NCBI GenBank assembly: GCA_040882145.1
Contig: JBBEBU010000010.1
Coordinates: forward strand, 11,973 to 75,972
Length of the DNA stretch: 64,000 nucleotides
Source: Idiomarina sp.
GTDB lineage: Bacteria; Pseudomonadota; Gammaproteobacteria; Enterobacterales; Alteromonadaceae
Direction: 5' to 3'
Within the stretch, counting starts at the first letter, position 1; the number at the start of each line of letters is the position of its first letter. Below the pieces are notes generated by a model. The model ran no database searches and had not been told where the DNA came from. It saw only the letters and a list, made by a program, of their open reading frames with translations. Below are positions 9,898-18,422 of the stretch, piece after piece. A program made the position numbers and the translations under genes.

Positions 9898-11382
9898 CTA
9901 GTTGGCTTCGGCTGAGCAGATTCGATTGCGGCCGGTTTCCTTTGCCTGATACAGTGCTTTATCGGCGCGGTCGAAGCAACCTTCAATGGGTTCTCCTAGG
10001 TGAACTTGGGCAATACCAAAGCTGCAAGTAAGGCGTGGTTGGTAGGAGAAGGAGTACCCTTCCAACGCCTCATTGATACGCTCACACAAACGGGTTGCAT
10101 CATTAGCATTGGAGTGCGCGCACACAATCACAAACTCCTCGCCACCCCAGCGCGCAAGAATATCCGATTCGCGGGTTTGCCCCTGCAGCAATTGTGCAAA
10201 TTCGATGAGTACTTTGTCACCGGCGCTATGGCCGAAGGTGTCGTTAATACGCTTGAAAAGGTCGATATCTACAATAATTAGGCTGGTGTCGTGCTCATGG
10301 GCATGTTCGCGCTGGTCTTTATTATGCCGCAGCATGACTTGTTGCAGGAACGAGCGGTTGTGTAACGTGGTTAAGGGGTCGTGCTGAGACAAAAACTCTA
10401 GTTTATCAACGGTTTGTTCGAGCTTTTCACGCAACTGTTCAAGCTGGCCATTACTGGCGCTGAGCTTGCAGTTGTAGCGGTAGCTCATAAACGACCACCA
10501 AATTAGTAGAATAATCACAACAATAGCGGCAACACTTACCTGCCAAATGAGTTCGTGGTTGGTGTCGTCAATGACTGAAATATTATTCCAGCGCTGGAAT
10601 ATTTCCAGGTGCTGGTTTTCATCAATTTGTGCCAAGGCTGCGTTAATGGCTGGGAGCAAATGTTCGCTGCCTTTACTAACCCCCATACGAAGCTCGTCCT
10701 CTGGGCGCATCCAGCCAGAAATCTTGAGGTTATTCAGTTTCTGCCGCTGAATGTAAGCATTCACCGAATACAGTGAGCCAATAAATAGATCCGCATCGCC
10801 TTCGGCAACTGCGCTAAGGCCCTCGCGCTCATTTCGCACCGGCATCACACTGGTATTCGGATAGAAATCGCGCACATATTCCATTAACCGATATTCGGTG
10901 GGAATGGCGACAGTGCGTTGGCCAATATTTTCGAAGCCCTGCAAAAACGGCTGCTCGCGCGTTGATACCAAGACATTGGGTGAACGAAAATAGATAGTAC
11001 TGAAGGTTAGATATTTTTCCCGCTTGTCAGTCTTATTTAACATTGGGGTGAACTGGCAACGGCGTTTCTCGAGGTACTGCAACGACTGTTGCCAGGATTT
11101 GGTGGGTACCAGTTCAAACTGCAGCCCGCTGTACGAACTTATTAACTCCAGATAGTCAGCCGAAAGGCCGGTGTGTTTGCCGTCACGAATAGCTTCATAG
11201 GGCATCCAGTCGGGGTCTACACAGTACTTAATGGTTTCCGGTGTGATGCCCGGCATTGCGGGTTGCGGCTGAGCTTGAAGCGGATTTAACCCAGCCCAGA
11301 CGATGCAGCTAACTGCCAGCAGCAGTGGGTTTAATAAGTTCCATAGGCTTGGCTTTAGCGCGTTCATAACCGACTCACTCAC
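9898..11382 (-). CDS. Diguanylate cyclase with a periplasmic solute-binding-like sensor domain
   Basis: Signal/TM segment, SBP-type-3-like periplasmic region, second TM (IVVIILLIWW), coiled coil, GGEEF active site with an RESD I-site five residues upstream. Confidence 0.85.
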   Translation of the reverse strand: MSESVMNALKPSLWNLLNPLLLAVSCIVWAGLNPLQAQPQPAMPGITPETIKYCVDPDWMPYEAIRDGKHTGLSADYLELISSYSGLQFELVPTKSWQQSLQYLEKRRCQFTPMLNKTDKREKYLTFSTIYFRSPNVLVSTREQPFLQGFENIGQRTVAIPTEYRLMEYVRDFYPNTSVMPVRNEREGLSAVAEGDADLFIGSLYSVNAYIQRQKLNNLKISGWMRPEDELRMGVSKGSEHLLPAINAALAQIDENQHLEIFQRWNNISVIDDTNHELIWQVSVAAIVVIILLIWWSFMSYRYNCKLSASNGQLEQLREKLEQTVDKLEFLSQHDPLTTLHNRSFLQQVMLRHNKDQREHAHEHDTSLIIVDIDLFKRINDTFGHSAGDKVLIEFAQLLQGQTRESDILARWGGEEFVIVCAHSNANDATRLCERINEALEGYSFSYQPRLTCSFGIAQVHLGEPIEGCFDRADKALYQAKETGRNRICSAEAN

Positions 11383-11541
11383 ACTTGTATGAATTCAGAA
11401 TAGGTGAGCCAACGCCTAATGAAAAGAAATTTATGAGCAAAATCAGAGCACTTGTATTGCCTGTTGGGTGTTCGTTGCTACACTCTGTGAGTACGACAGG
11501 CGACTATTTTAAGTTTGCCTGAATGCACGTGGAGAAAAATA

Positions 11542-12045
11542 ATGAAAAAACACGCATTTGAAATTCGCTGGGGCATCATTTTTACCGTGGCATCCATGCT
11601 ATGGATGTTGCTGGAGCGCTTAGTAGGCCTGCACACCATTTATATTGATGAGCACATGGTTTACACCAACTTCTTTGCCATAGTAGCCGTAGCTATTTAC
11701 GTATTTGCGCTGCGCGCCAAGCGCGATCATCAGCTCAGTGGCATTATGAATTTTCAAGAAGGGTTTATTTGTGGTGTGAAAATTACAGTGGTGGTTGCGG
11801 TTTTATCGCCGCTCACGCAATGGGTAACGCACACCATTATTACGCCGGACTACTTTGCCAATGCCGCGGCCTTAGCTGTGCAAACCGAGAACATGACTCA
11901 AGCTCAGGCAGAGGCTTATTTTTCGCTCTCAAGCTATTACATGCAGGCATTTATAGGGGCTGTGGTGATGGGGGTTATTACCTCGGCAGTGGTGGCCTTT
12001 TTTGTGAAAAAGCCACCGACGGTGGAAGAAGATACCGAAGAATAA
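11542..12045 (+). CDS. Small multi-pass membrane protein (DUF4199-like)
   Basis: Four hydrophobic segments. GGAG lies 8 nt upstream of the ATG at 11542, so I prefer that to the ORF-track start at 11515. Confidence 0.6.
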   Translation: MKKHAFEIRWGIIFTVASMLWMLLERLVGLHTIYIDEHMVYTNFFAIVAVAIYVFALRAKRDHQLSGIMNFQEGFICGVKITVVVAVLSPLTQWVTHTIITPDYFANAAALAVQTENMTQAQAEAYFSLSSYYMQAFIGAVVMGVITSAVVAFFVKKPPTVEEDTEE

Positions 12046-12056
12046 ATACTTTAAGT

Positions 12057-12084
12057 TTGCATCCAAACGCGCAGTTTGATCGAA
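12057..12084 (+). promoter_or_regulatory. Candidate ECF-type promoter of the sigma/anti-sigma unit: TTGCATC-N14-GATCGAA
   Basis: The same bipartite motif with identical spacing recurs at 13336-13363. Ends 36 nt upstream of the sigma ATG. Confidence 0.5.
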
Positions 12085-12119
12085 CCTGAATATACCTATA
12101 ACCCAAAGGAATTCTGATT

Positions 12120-12659
12120 ATGGCTACACCAAAGAGTCTCGAGCGCGATTTGCAGTACATTGCGCTCGGCGACACCGCTGCGTTTCGCCGCCTGTATGAA
12201 GCAACATCGGCAAAACTGTATTCGGTTAGTCTGACTATTGTTCGTCGCAGTGATTGGGCTGAAGAGACGTTGCAAGATGCGTTTATCAAAGTTTGGCATT
12301 GCGCAGGAGACTACACTGTCACTAAGGGCTCGGTCATGAGTTGGCTCATCAGTATTGTGAGGTATCGGTCGATTGATTTACTGCGTAAACGCGCCAATCA
12401 GGAGCTGTCATCAACGGATTTTGATGATCTTCCGGCACCTGAAGTGCTGGATGCATCATTAGACAAACTCACCCAGTCGCGGCAGTTGCAGGGTTGTATG
12501 GACGAACTTCAGCCAACCACCCGACAATGCATTCAACTGGCGTTTGTGTTCGGCTTAAGTCATCAGGAAGTAAGTGAGCATTTAAGTGAAGCCCTGGGTT
12601 CAGTGAAAAGCTGGATTCGCCGTGGACTAGACAGCTTGAAGAGGTGCTTACAACGATGA
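12120..12659 (+). CDS. ECF (sigma-70 family group 4) RNA polymerase sigma factor
   Basis: 179 aa. Region 2 (ETLQDAFIKVWH...MSWLISIVRYRSIDLLR) and region 4 (LAFVFGLSHQEVSEHLSEALGSVKSWIRRGL). Confidence 0.9.
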   Translation: MATPKSLERDLQYIALGDTAAFRRLYEATSAKLYSVSLTIVRRSDWAEETLQDAFIKVWHCAGDYTVTKGSVMSWLISIVRYRSIDLLRKRANQELSSTDFDDLPAPEVLDASLDKLTQSRQLQGCMDELQPTTRQCIQLAFVFGLSHQEVSEHLSEALGSVKSWIRRGLDSLKRCLQR

Positions 12660-13330
12660 ATTACCAAGCAACGGAACTACAACACCAACTTGCTGCGCGT
12701 TATGTGGTGGGAAGTATGAGAGGTTCGGCGCGTAAACGTTTTCAGCGTCTGCTAATGGATTTTCCGAAGTTACGTGAAGAAGTGGCGTTTTGGGAAGAGC
12801 ATTTGTACGAATTGACCGATATCATTCCGCCGCAACAGCCGAGCAACGGGGTTTGGCAGCGCATTGAAGAACGTCTTGGCTTTGTGCGCGCCAAACAAAA
12901 ATCGGTGAAGTGGCCCTGGCTGATTGGCGCTTTTGCCAGTTTATTGTTGCTGGTGAATGTGGTGCTGCTGACTTCAACGGACAGCGTTGTGCCCACCACA
13001 GTTGATCGGGTAGCGGTAATTCAAAATGCCGAAGCACGTACCTTATGGCTTATTGAGCAACGCGAACAGACCTTTGAAGTGGCCGCAATTGGCGCTATTG
13101 AGCAAGTGCCTGATCAAGACTATCAGCTATGGATGTTACCTACTGATGGAACGGCACCGATATCCCTGGGCTTATTGCCACAACAAGGGGAAGTTAGCTT
13201 GCCGATTAGTTCGCGCATTGACTTAACGCAGGTTGCGGCACTTGCTGTAAGCCGCGAGCCATTGGGCGGCTCGCCAGAGCCAACGCCTACGGGGCCAGTC
13301 CTCTATACAACTGATTTGATTATTTTGTAA
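12656..13330 (+). CDS. Single-pass anti-sigma factor with an RskA-like extracytoplasmic domain
   Basis: ATGA overlap with the sigma gene. TM WLIGAFASLLLLVNVVLL. C-terminal YQLWMLP...ALAVSREPLGGSPEPTPTGPVLY is typical of the anti-sigma-K (RskA) domain. Confidence 0.8.
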   Translation: MNYQATELQHQLAARYVVGSMRGSARKRFQRLLMDFPKLREEVAFWEEHLYELTDIIPPQQPSNGVWQRIEERLGFVRAKQKSVKWPWLIGAFASLLLLVNVVLLTSTDSVVPTTVDRVAVIQNAEARTLWLIEQREQTFEVAAIGAIEQVPDQDYQLWMLPTDGTAPISLGLLPQQGEVSLPISSRIDLTQVAALAVSREPLGGSPEPTPTGPVLYTTDLIIL

Positions 13331-13335
13331 AAAAG

Positions 13336-13363
13336 TTGCATCTAGTATGCCCTCGAGATCGTT
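13336..13363 (+). promoter_or_regulatory. Candidate ECF-type promoter of the exported-protein operon: TTGCATC-N14-GATCGTT
   Basis: Matches 12057-12084 at 12 specified positions with identical spacing. Ends 69 nt upstream of the 13432 ATG. Confidence 0.5.
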
Positions 13364-13431
13364 ACTCGGTCAGACCCGCTAAGAGTTGTCGGGTTTGAAC
13401 GTTAACTAAAAACGATCAAGAGGGCTTTTTA

Positions 13432-15009
13432 ATGAACAAAATTCTATTCTCTACAACAGCACTTGTTGCTGCTATGGCTTGTGCAAGCACAGCTTTTGCC
13501 TCCAGTCACCGTGAGGCGCCAAATGTTGCGCGCTTTCCAACGGTAGATTCAACCGACTTCTACGTATTTAATAGCTACGAATCTGGTCGGGAAGACTACG
13601 TCACTATTATCGCCAATTATATTCCATTGCAGGATAGTTACGGTGGACCTAACTATTTCGCAATGGACCCAGCGGCGGTGTATGCGCTGCATATAGATTC
13701 AGACGGCGATGCCGTGGAAGACATTACCTTTGAATTCCGCTTTGACAACGAACTACCAAACGGCGGCATTAAACTGCCAGTGGGTCCGGATGGTGTTGAA
13801 GTGAGTGTGCCTCTGAAGCACGTAGGTGCTATTAGTGCAGGTAACAATGACGCCTTGAACTTCAGCGAAACCTATTCGATTGAGATGGTTTCCGGGCCGC
13901 AATCTTCTGGTTCGCGAACCGCGGTAACCGGCGCTGGTGGTGAATCTGAGTTCGTTAAACCTTACGCTTATGTTGGTGAGAAAACTTTCGGTTCAACCGC
14001 CGACTACGAAGCCTATGCACAGCAATATGAATACGACGTGTCGATTCCAAACTGTAGTGCCATGGGTCGTGTATTTGTAGGGCAACGCAAAGACTCGTTC
14101 ACGGTAAACCTGGGCGAAACCTTTGACTTGGTTAATTACGTGCCAGTTGAAGGCGACAGCGCACCTGGTGCTGGTGATGGCGGCGGTTTCCCCGGCGGTA
14201 TTACCCAATCAACAGAAAATGACGACTTAAACGACAAGAACGTGAATACCATTGCGTTGGAAGTTCCGAAATCCTGCTTAACTGGTAATGGTAACGGTGT
14301 TATTGGTGCCTGGACCACAGCCAGCTTGCCGCAAGCGCGCATTCTGAATCCGAATGCAACCTTAGCGAAGCCAGAAGTAAATGGCGGCGCTTTAGTGCAA
14401 GTTTCCCGCTTAGGTTCGCCGTTGGTGAACGAATTGGTTATTGGTATTGATGACAAAGACCGGTTTTCTTCGGCACACCCTTCTGACGATGGTCAGTTTG
14501 CAACATACGTCACGAATCCAACGTTACCGATCATTTTGGACCTGCTGTTCAAAGATGCGGTTAACGCCACCTTAGGAACGGATTTTGACACTATTGCACC
14601 AACTAACTACCCGCGGAACGACTTGGTAGCTGCCTTTCTAACCGGCTTTGCTGGCGTGAATCAGCAACAAATGGTGACGCCGTCGGAAATGCTGCGATTG
14701 AACACCAACATTCCTGCCACGGCAGCTGACTTGCAATCTTCGTTCGGCGTTGCCGGCAATGATTTAGCTGGTTTCCCAAATGGGCGTCGTCCTGGTGATG
14801 ATGTGGTTGATATTGCACTGCGTGTTGTTATGGGTGCCTTATGTCACGATATTCCTGTGAACGGCGAACCAACTAACTTGGGATTATGTTCTCCGGAAGA
14901 CGCCAATGTTGGTACTGCACCTTTCACTGATGGCGCGCCATTGGACGCAAGCTTTGTGAATGACAGCTTTCCGTTCTTAGCTGCGCCTTTATCCGGTTCA
15001 CCACAGTAA
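13432..15009 (+). CDS. Exported DUF4331-type protein of unknown function
   Basis: Signal peptide ...STAFA, then SSHREAPNVARFPTVDSTDFYVF, an N-terminal signature I associate with DUF4331. 525 aa. Confidence 0.75.
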   Translation: MNKILFSTTALVAAMACASTAFASSHREAPNVARFPTVDSTDFYVFNSYESGREDYVTIIANYIPLQDSYGGPNYFAMDPAAVYALHIDSDGDAVEDITFEFRFDNELPNGGIKLPVGPDGVEVSVPLKHVGAISAGNNDALNFSETYSIEMVSGPQSSGSRTAVTGAGGESEFVKPYAYVGEKTFGSTADYEAYAQQYEYDVSIPNCSAMGRVFVGQRKDSFTVNLGETFDLVNYVPVEGDSAPGAGDGGGFPGGITQSTENDDLNDKNVNTIALEVPKSCLTGNGNGVIGAWTTASLPQARILNPNATLAKPEVNGGALVQVSRLGSPLVNELVIGIDDKDRFSSAHPSDDGQFATYVTNPTLPIILDLLFKDAVNATLGTDFDTIAPTNYPRNDLVAAFLTGFAGVNQQQMVTPSEMLRLNTNIPATAADLQSSFGVAGNDLAGFPNGRRPGDDVVDIALRVVMGALCHDIPVNGEPTNLGLCSPEDANVGTAPFTDGAPLDASFVNDSFPFLAAPLSGSPQ

Positions 15010-15021
15010 GGAGTACCAATT

Positions 15022-15540
15022 ATGTTTAGCTACATACAGAAGTTAGCTATCGTGCTTAGTGTTACCTTCGCGGTCAGTGCTTGTGATTGGTCAGGAGATA
15101 AAGAGCCAACCCCGAATACGGCTCCAGAAGCGCTATCTGATAGCGTTTCAACCTCGGCTGATACGGTATTGATGGGGCAGTTAGCAGGGTCAGATGGCGA
15201 GGGCGACGAGCTTGTATTTAGTCTTGCCGCTGAGCCGGTAAATGGCTCTGTTAACGTTGATGCCGATGGTGCTTACACCTACACGCCGAATGCGGAGTTT
15301 GTTGGCGACGACAGCTTCAGCTTCTCGGTGTCAGACGGCGAGTTAAGTGCCGAAGGCACCATAAGCATTCGTGTTGAAGTTCTGCAGGTGTCGTTTCGCG
15401 ACTCGGTTCGTGACGCTTATTCACAGAGCGCGCAAGCAACACCACTGGCAGTTAATGGTCGGAATTACGAGCAAGACGTGATGAATACGGCTGAGTTCGA
15501 TGACCTGGTTGCGGCCGGGGAGGTTTCCGGCAATGACTAA
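15022..15540 (+). CDS. Lipoprotein with one cadherin/Ig-like repeat
   Basis: Lipobox FAVSAC. VNGSVNVDADGAYTYTPNAEFVGDDSFSFSVSDGELSAEGTISIRV is typical of bacterial cadherin-like/Ig repeats. Confidence 0.7.
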   Translation: MFSYIQKLAIVLSVTFAVSACDWSGDKEPTPNTAPEALSDSVSTSADTVLMGQLAGSDGEGDELVFSLAAEPVNGSVNVDADGAYTYTPNAEFVGDDSFSFSVSDGELSAEGTISIRVEVLQVSFRDSVRDAYSQSAQATPLAVNGRNYEQDVMNTAEFDDLVAAGEVSGND

Positions 15541-16516
15541 AAACGGACTCAGAATTCTGGTCCTTTTAGTGTTCACCCCCTTGGGTTGCGGCGTTGCCGC
15601 AGCCCCTTTTTCTGAGGCCGAGCGCTATGCCGCTTATGTGACAGCGGGAAAGGACGAAACCCAACACGAATTACATGACCAGGCGGCCGACTTATGGCAA
15701 CAGGTGCAGCCGCAACTGGCTACTTTGCCGAGCAAAGAAAAAGCTCGCTGGTGGTTAGCTCAGGCTGATTTACTGCAGTTTGAGCACCGTTTTGACAACG
15801 CTTTAAAGGCCTTGGATAAGGTTCTGAAAGAGCAAGAATTTCAAGAAAACGCCTACTTGATGCAGGCACGAATTGCGTTAACACGCCATGATTTAGCAGC
15901 AGCAAACACCGCCTGTCAGCAATTGGTTGACCATGCACCTATGGATGTTGTGGCCACCTGTATGCTGGAAGTGCAGGGGCGAGCAGGCGAGTTAGCAACT
16001 AGTTATCCAGCGTTACAACGGTTACACGCGCGTAATCAAAACCCAGAGTCATCGCTTACTCAATGGCGTAAACAAATTTTGGCCGAGCAAGCGCAACTAC
16101 TGGAGCGTTATGACGAAGCTTTGCAGTGGCTCGGTTATCCAAATTATGAACAGCAGCCCGTAGTTACCCAGAAGCAACTATTAGATGTACTACTGGCCAT
16201 GGGCCAAGCGGCCGCAATCTTTGAGATAATTACTAGTTGCCCCAGGGTAAACCAGTTGCCCGTAGACAGCTTGTTAGTTCGAATTGCACACGCAGAAAGA
16301 ATTCAGAATAAACAAAGCTGTTGGCGTGAGGTGGCACAGCAACGAATAGAGTTGCGAAAGTTGCGTGCGGATAAATTACATACCTCCGATTTAGCATATT
16401 ATTTCACCTACGTTGAACCAGATGCCCAGCAAGCTTTGCATTGGGCTAAATTAAACTTTGCGGTTGCACGAGAACCTTTTGACCGTCAATTGCTGTCCGC
16501 AGCTTCGGAGATATAA
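15533..16516 (+). CDS. Exported TPR-like helical-repeat protein
   Basis: ATGA overlap with the upstream gene. N-terminal signal ILVLLVFTPLGC. Alpha-helical repeat composition. I prefer the start at 15533 to 15500. Confidence 0.6.
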   Translation: MTKNGLRILVLLVFTPLGCGVAAAPFSEAERYAAYVTAGKDETQHELHDQAADLWQQVQPQLATLPSKEKARWWLAQADLLQFEHRFDNALKALDKVLKEQEFQENAYLMQARIALTRHDLAAANTACQQLVDHAPMDVVATCMLEVQGRAGELATSYPALQRLHARNQNPESSLTQWRKQILAEQAQLLERYDEALQWLGYPNYEQQPVVTQKQLLDVLLAMGQAAAIFEIITSCPRVNQLPVDSLLVRIAHAERIQNKQSCWREVAQQRIELRKLRADKLHTSDLAYYFTYVEPDAQQALHWAKLNFAVAREPFDRQLLSAASEI

Positions 16517-16518
16517 CC

Positions 16519-17022
16519 ATGAATAAAATTATTATTGGACTCATTATGGCGTTCGCAATGGTCGCTAACTCAGCCCATGCACACCGTTTTAGTACAAGCT
16601 TTTTGGATATCGACACCGGCCACGATCATCCGCAAGAGTTTGATTGGAGCTGGCGCTTGGTTGAACACGATTTAGCCGTGGTGGCACCATTCTTAGTTGG
16701 CGCAGATAAAAAACTACTACCGCTGGGGCAGTTGGAAGCAAAGCAACAGGAATTTTCGGAGCTTATCAGCAGTGCGCTTTCATTTAATCAGGAATGCCCG
16801 ATTGAAGTTCTGTCGGCTATTCATATAAGCCGGGAAGTGTATGCGGGTCAGGATTTTATCGAGATATATGGTCACGGCGGCTGCCCGCTGGACACGCTGA
16901 ATCAAATCAAAGTGACCAAGCTGTTCGAAGCTATTAGTGATCATAAGGTCATTGTTGAGATTAACGGCATGGAAGAACGCAATGTGCTGAGCCCATCGCA
17001 GCCACAATGGCAAAAAAATTAA
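16519..17022 (+). CDS. Exported ~167-aa protein of unknown function (weakly similar to the 9036-9551 product)
   Basis: Signal peptide ...ANSAHA followed by HRFSTSFLDID. 2-nt gap to the upstream gene. Confidence 0.6.
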   Translation: MNKIIIGLIMAFAMVANSAHAHRFSTSFLDIDTGHDHPQEFDWSWRLVEHDLAVVAPFLVGADKKLLPLGQLEAKQQEFSELISSALSFNQECPIEVLSAIHISREVYAGQDFIEIYGHGGCPLDTLNQIKVTKLFEAISDHKVIVEINGMEERNVLSPSQPQWQKN

Positions 17023-17034
17023 GTTAGGGCGGTT

Positions 17035-18408
17035 TTATTTGCCGATACAGAAGGAGCCGAAAATTTTGCCCAGCAGGTCGTCAGAGGTAAATTCGCCGGT
17101 GATTTCGTTGAGGTGTTGCTGAGTAATGCGCAGTTCTTCCGCTAAAAGTTCGCCAGCTAAGTTGTATTCCAGGTGTTCCTGGCCCGTAAGCAGGTGCTGG
17201 CGAGCTTTTTCCAGTGCATCTAAGTGACGGCGGCGGGCCATGAAATGGCCTTCACCAGTGGCTTGATAGCCAACACAATGCTTCAGGTGGTCGCGCAGCA
17301 ATTCAATACCGTGACCGGTTTTGGCGGAAAGGTGAATAACCGGAATGCCTTGTATGTGGTCAATGGCAATAGGTTCGGCCGTTAGGTCCGACTTATTGCG
17401 AATAACAGTCACAGGTAGCGCGTCCGGTAGTTGCTCAAAAAACTCCGGCCAAATGTCTTCCGGATGCGTGGCATTAGTCTCGCTGGCATCCACCATAAAG
17501 AGCACGCGGTCGGCCTGACGAATTTCGTCCCAGGCGCGCTGTATACCTATCTGTTCAACTTCGTCGGGGCTTTCCCGCAATCCTGCCGTATCAATAATAT
17601 GTAGCGGCATGCCGTCAATTTGAATGTGTTCACGCAATACGTCGCGGGTGGTACCGGCAATAGCGGTAACAATGGCAGATTCGCGTCCGGCCAGAGCGTT
17701 CAGCAGGCTTGATTTACCAGCGTTAGGGCGGCCAGCAATAACTACCTGCATACCTTCGCGCAATAAACTGCCTTGTTTCGCCTGCACATGAATGTCGTGC
17801 AATCGATCAATAACCGACTCTAAGTCACCGGCAACTTTCCCGTCACTTAGAAAATCGATTTCTTCATCAGGAAAATCAATGGCCGCTTCAACATACATAC
17901 GCAGCTGAATAACCGCATCTACCAGTTGATCAACACGGTGCGAAAACTCGCCTTTTAAGCTTTGCAGTGCAGCTTTGGCGGCCTGTTCTGAGGTGGTGTC
18001 GATTAAGTCGGCAATGGCCTCGGCCTGAGTCAGGTCAAGTTTGTCGTTTAAGAAAGCACGTTCACTGAATTCACCCGGGCGAGCCGGACGAATACCAGGA
18101 ATATCCAGTACCGAGCGCACAATCATATCAATGAGTACAGGGCCGCCATGGCCTTGCAGCTCAAGCACGTCTTCACCGGTAAAGGAATTTGGACCCGGAA
18201 AATAAAGCGCGATGCCTTCGTCAAGCAGCGCGCCTTGTTGGTCCTTAAAGGGAAGGTATTCAGCTTTGCGAGGCACTGGGCAGTGCCCGAGCAGTTGTTC
18301 GGCAACCTGCACGGCGGCAGGCCCGCTAACCCGAACAATACCAACGCCACCCCGACCTGGCGGGGTCGCCTGTGCCACAATGGTGTCGTTGGTAAACTCA
18401 GTGCTCAT
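17035..18408 (-). CDS. mnmE: tRNA modification GTPase MnmE (TrmE)
   Basis: 457 aa, G-domain [15 protein letters not shown]-terminal CIGK. Confidence 0.97.
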   Translation of the reverse strand: MSTEFTNDTIVAQATPPGRGGVGIVRVSGPAAVQVAEQLLGHCPVPRKAEYLPFKDQQGALLDEGIALYFPGPNSFTGEDVLELQGHGGPVLIDMIVRSVLDIPGIRPARPGEFSERAFLNDKLDLTQAEAIADLIDTTSEQAAKAALQSLKGEFSHRVDQLVDAVIQLRMYVEAAIDFPDEEIDFLSDGKVAGDLESVIDRLHDIHVQAKQGSLLREGMQVVIAGRPNAGKSSLLNALAGRESAIVTAIAGTTRDVLREHIQIDGMPLHIIDTAGLRESPDEVEQIGIQRAWDEIRQADRVLFMVDASETNATHPEDIWPEFFEQLPDALPVTVIRNKSDLTAEPIAIDHIQGIPVIHLSAKTGHGIELLRDHLKHCVGYQATGEGHFMARRRHLDALEKARQHLLTGQEHLEYNLAGELLAEELRITQQHLNEITGEFTSDDLLGKIFGSFCIGK

Positions 18409-18422
18409 GTTCGGCCTTTCGG

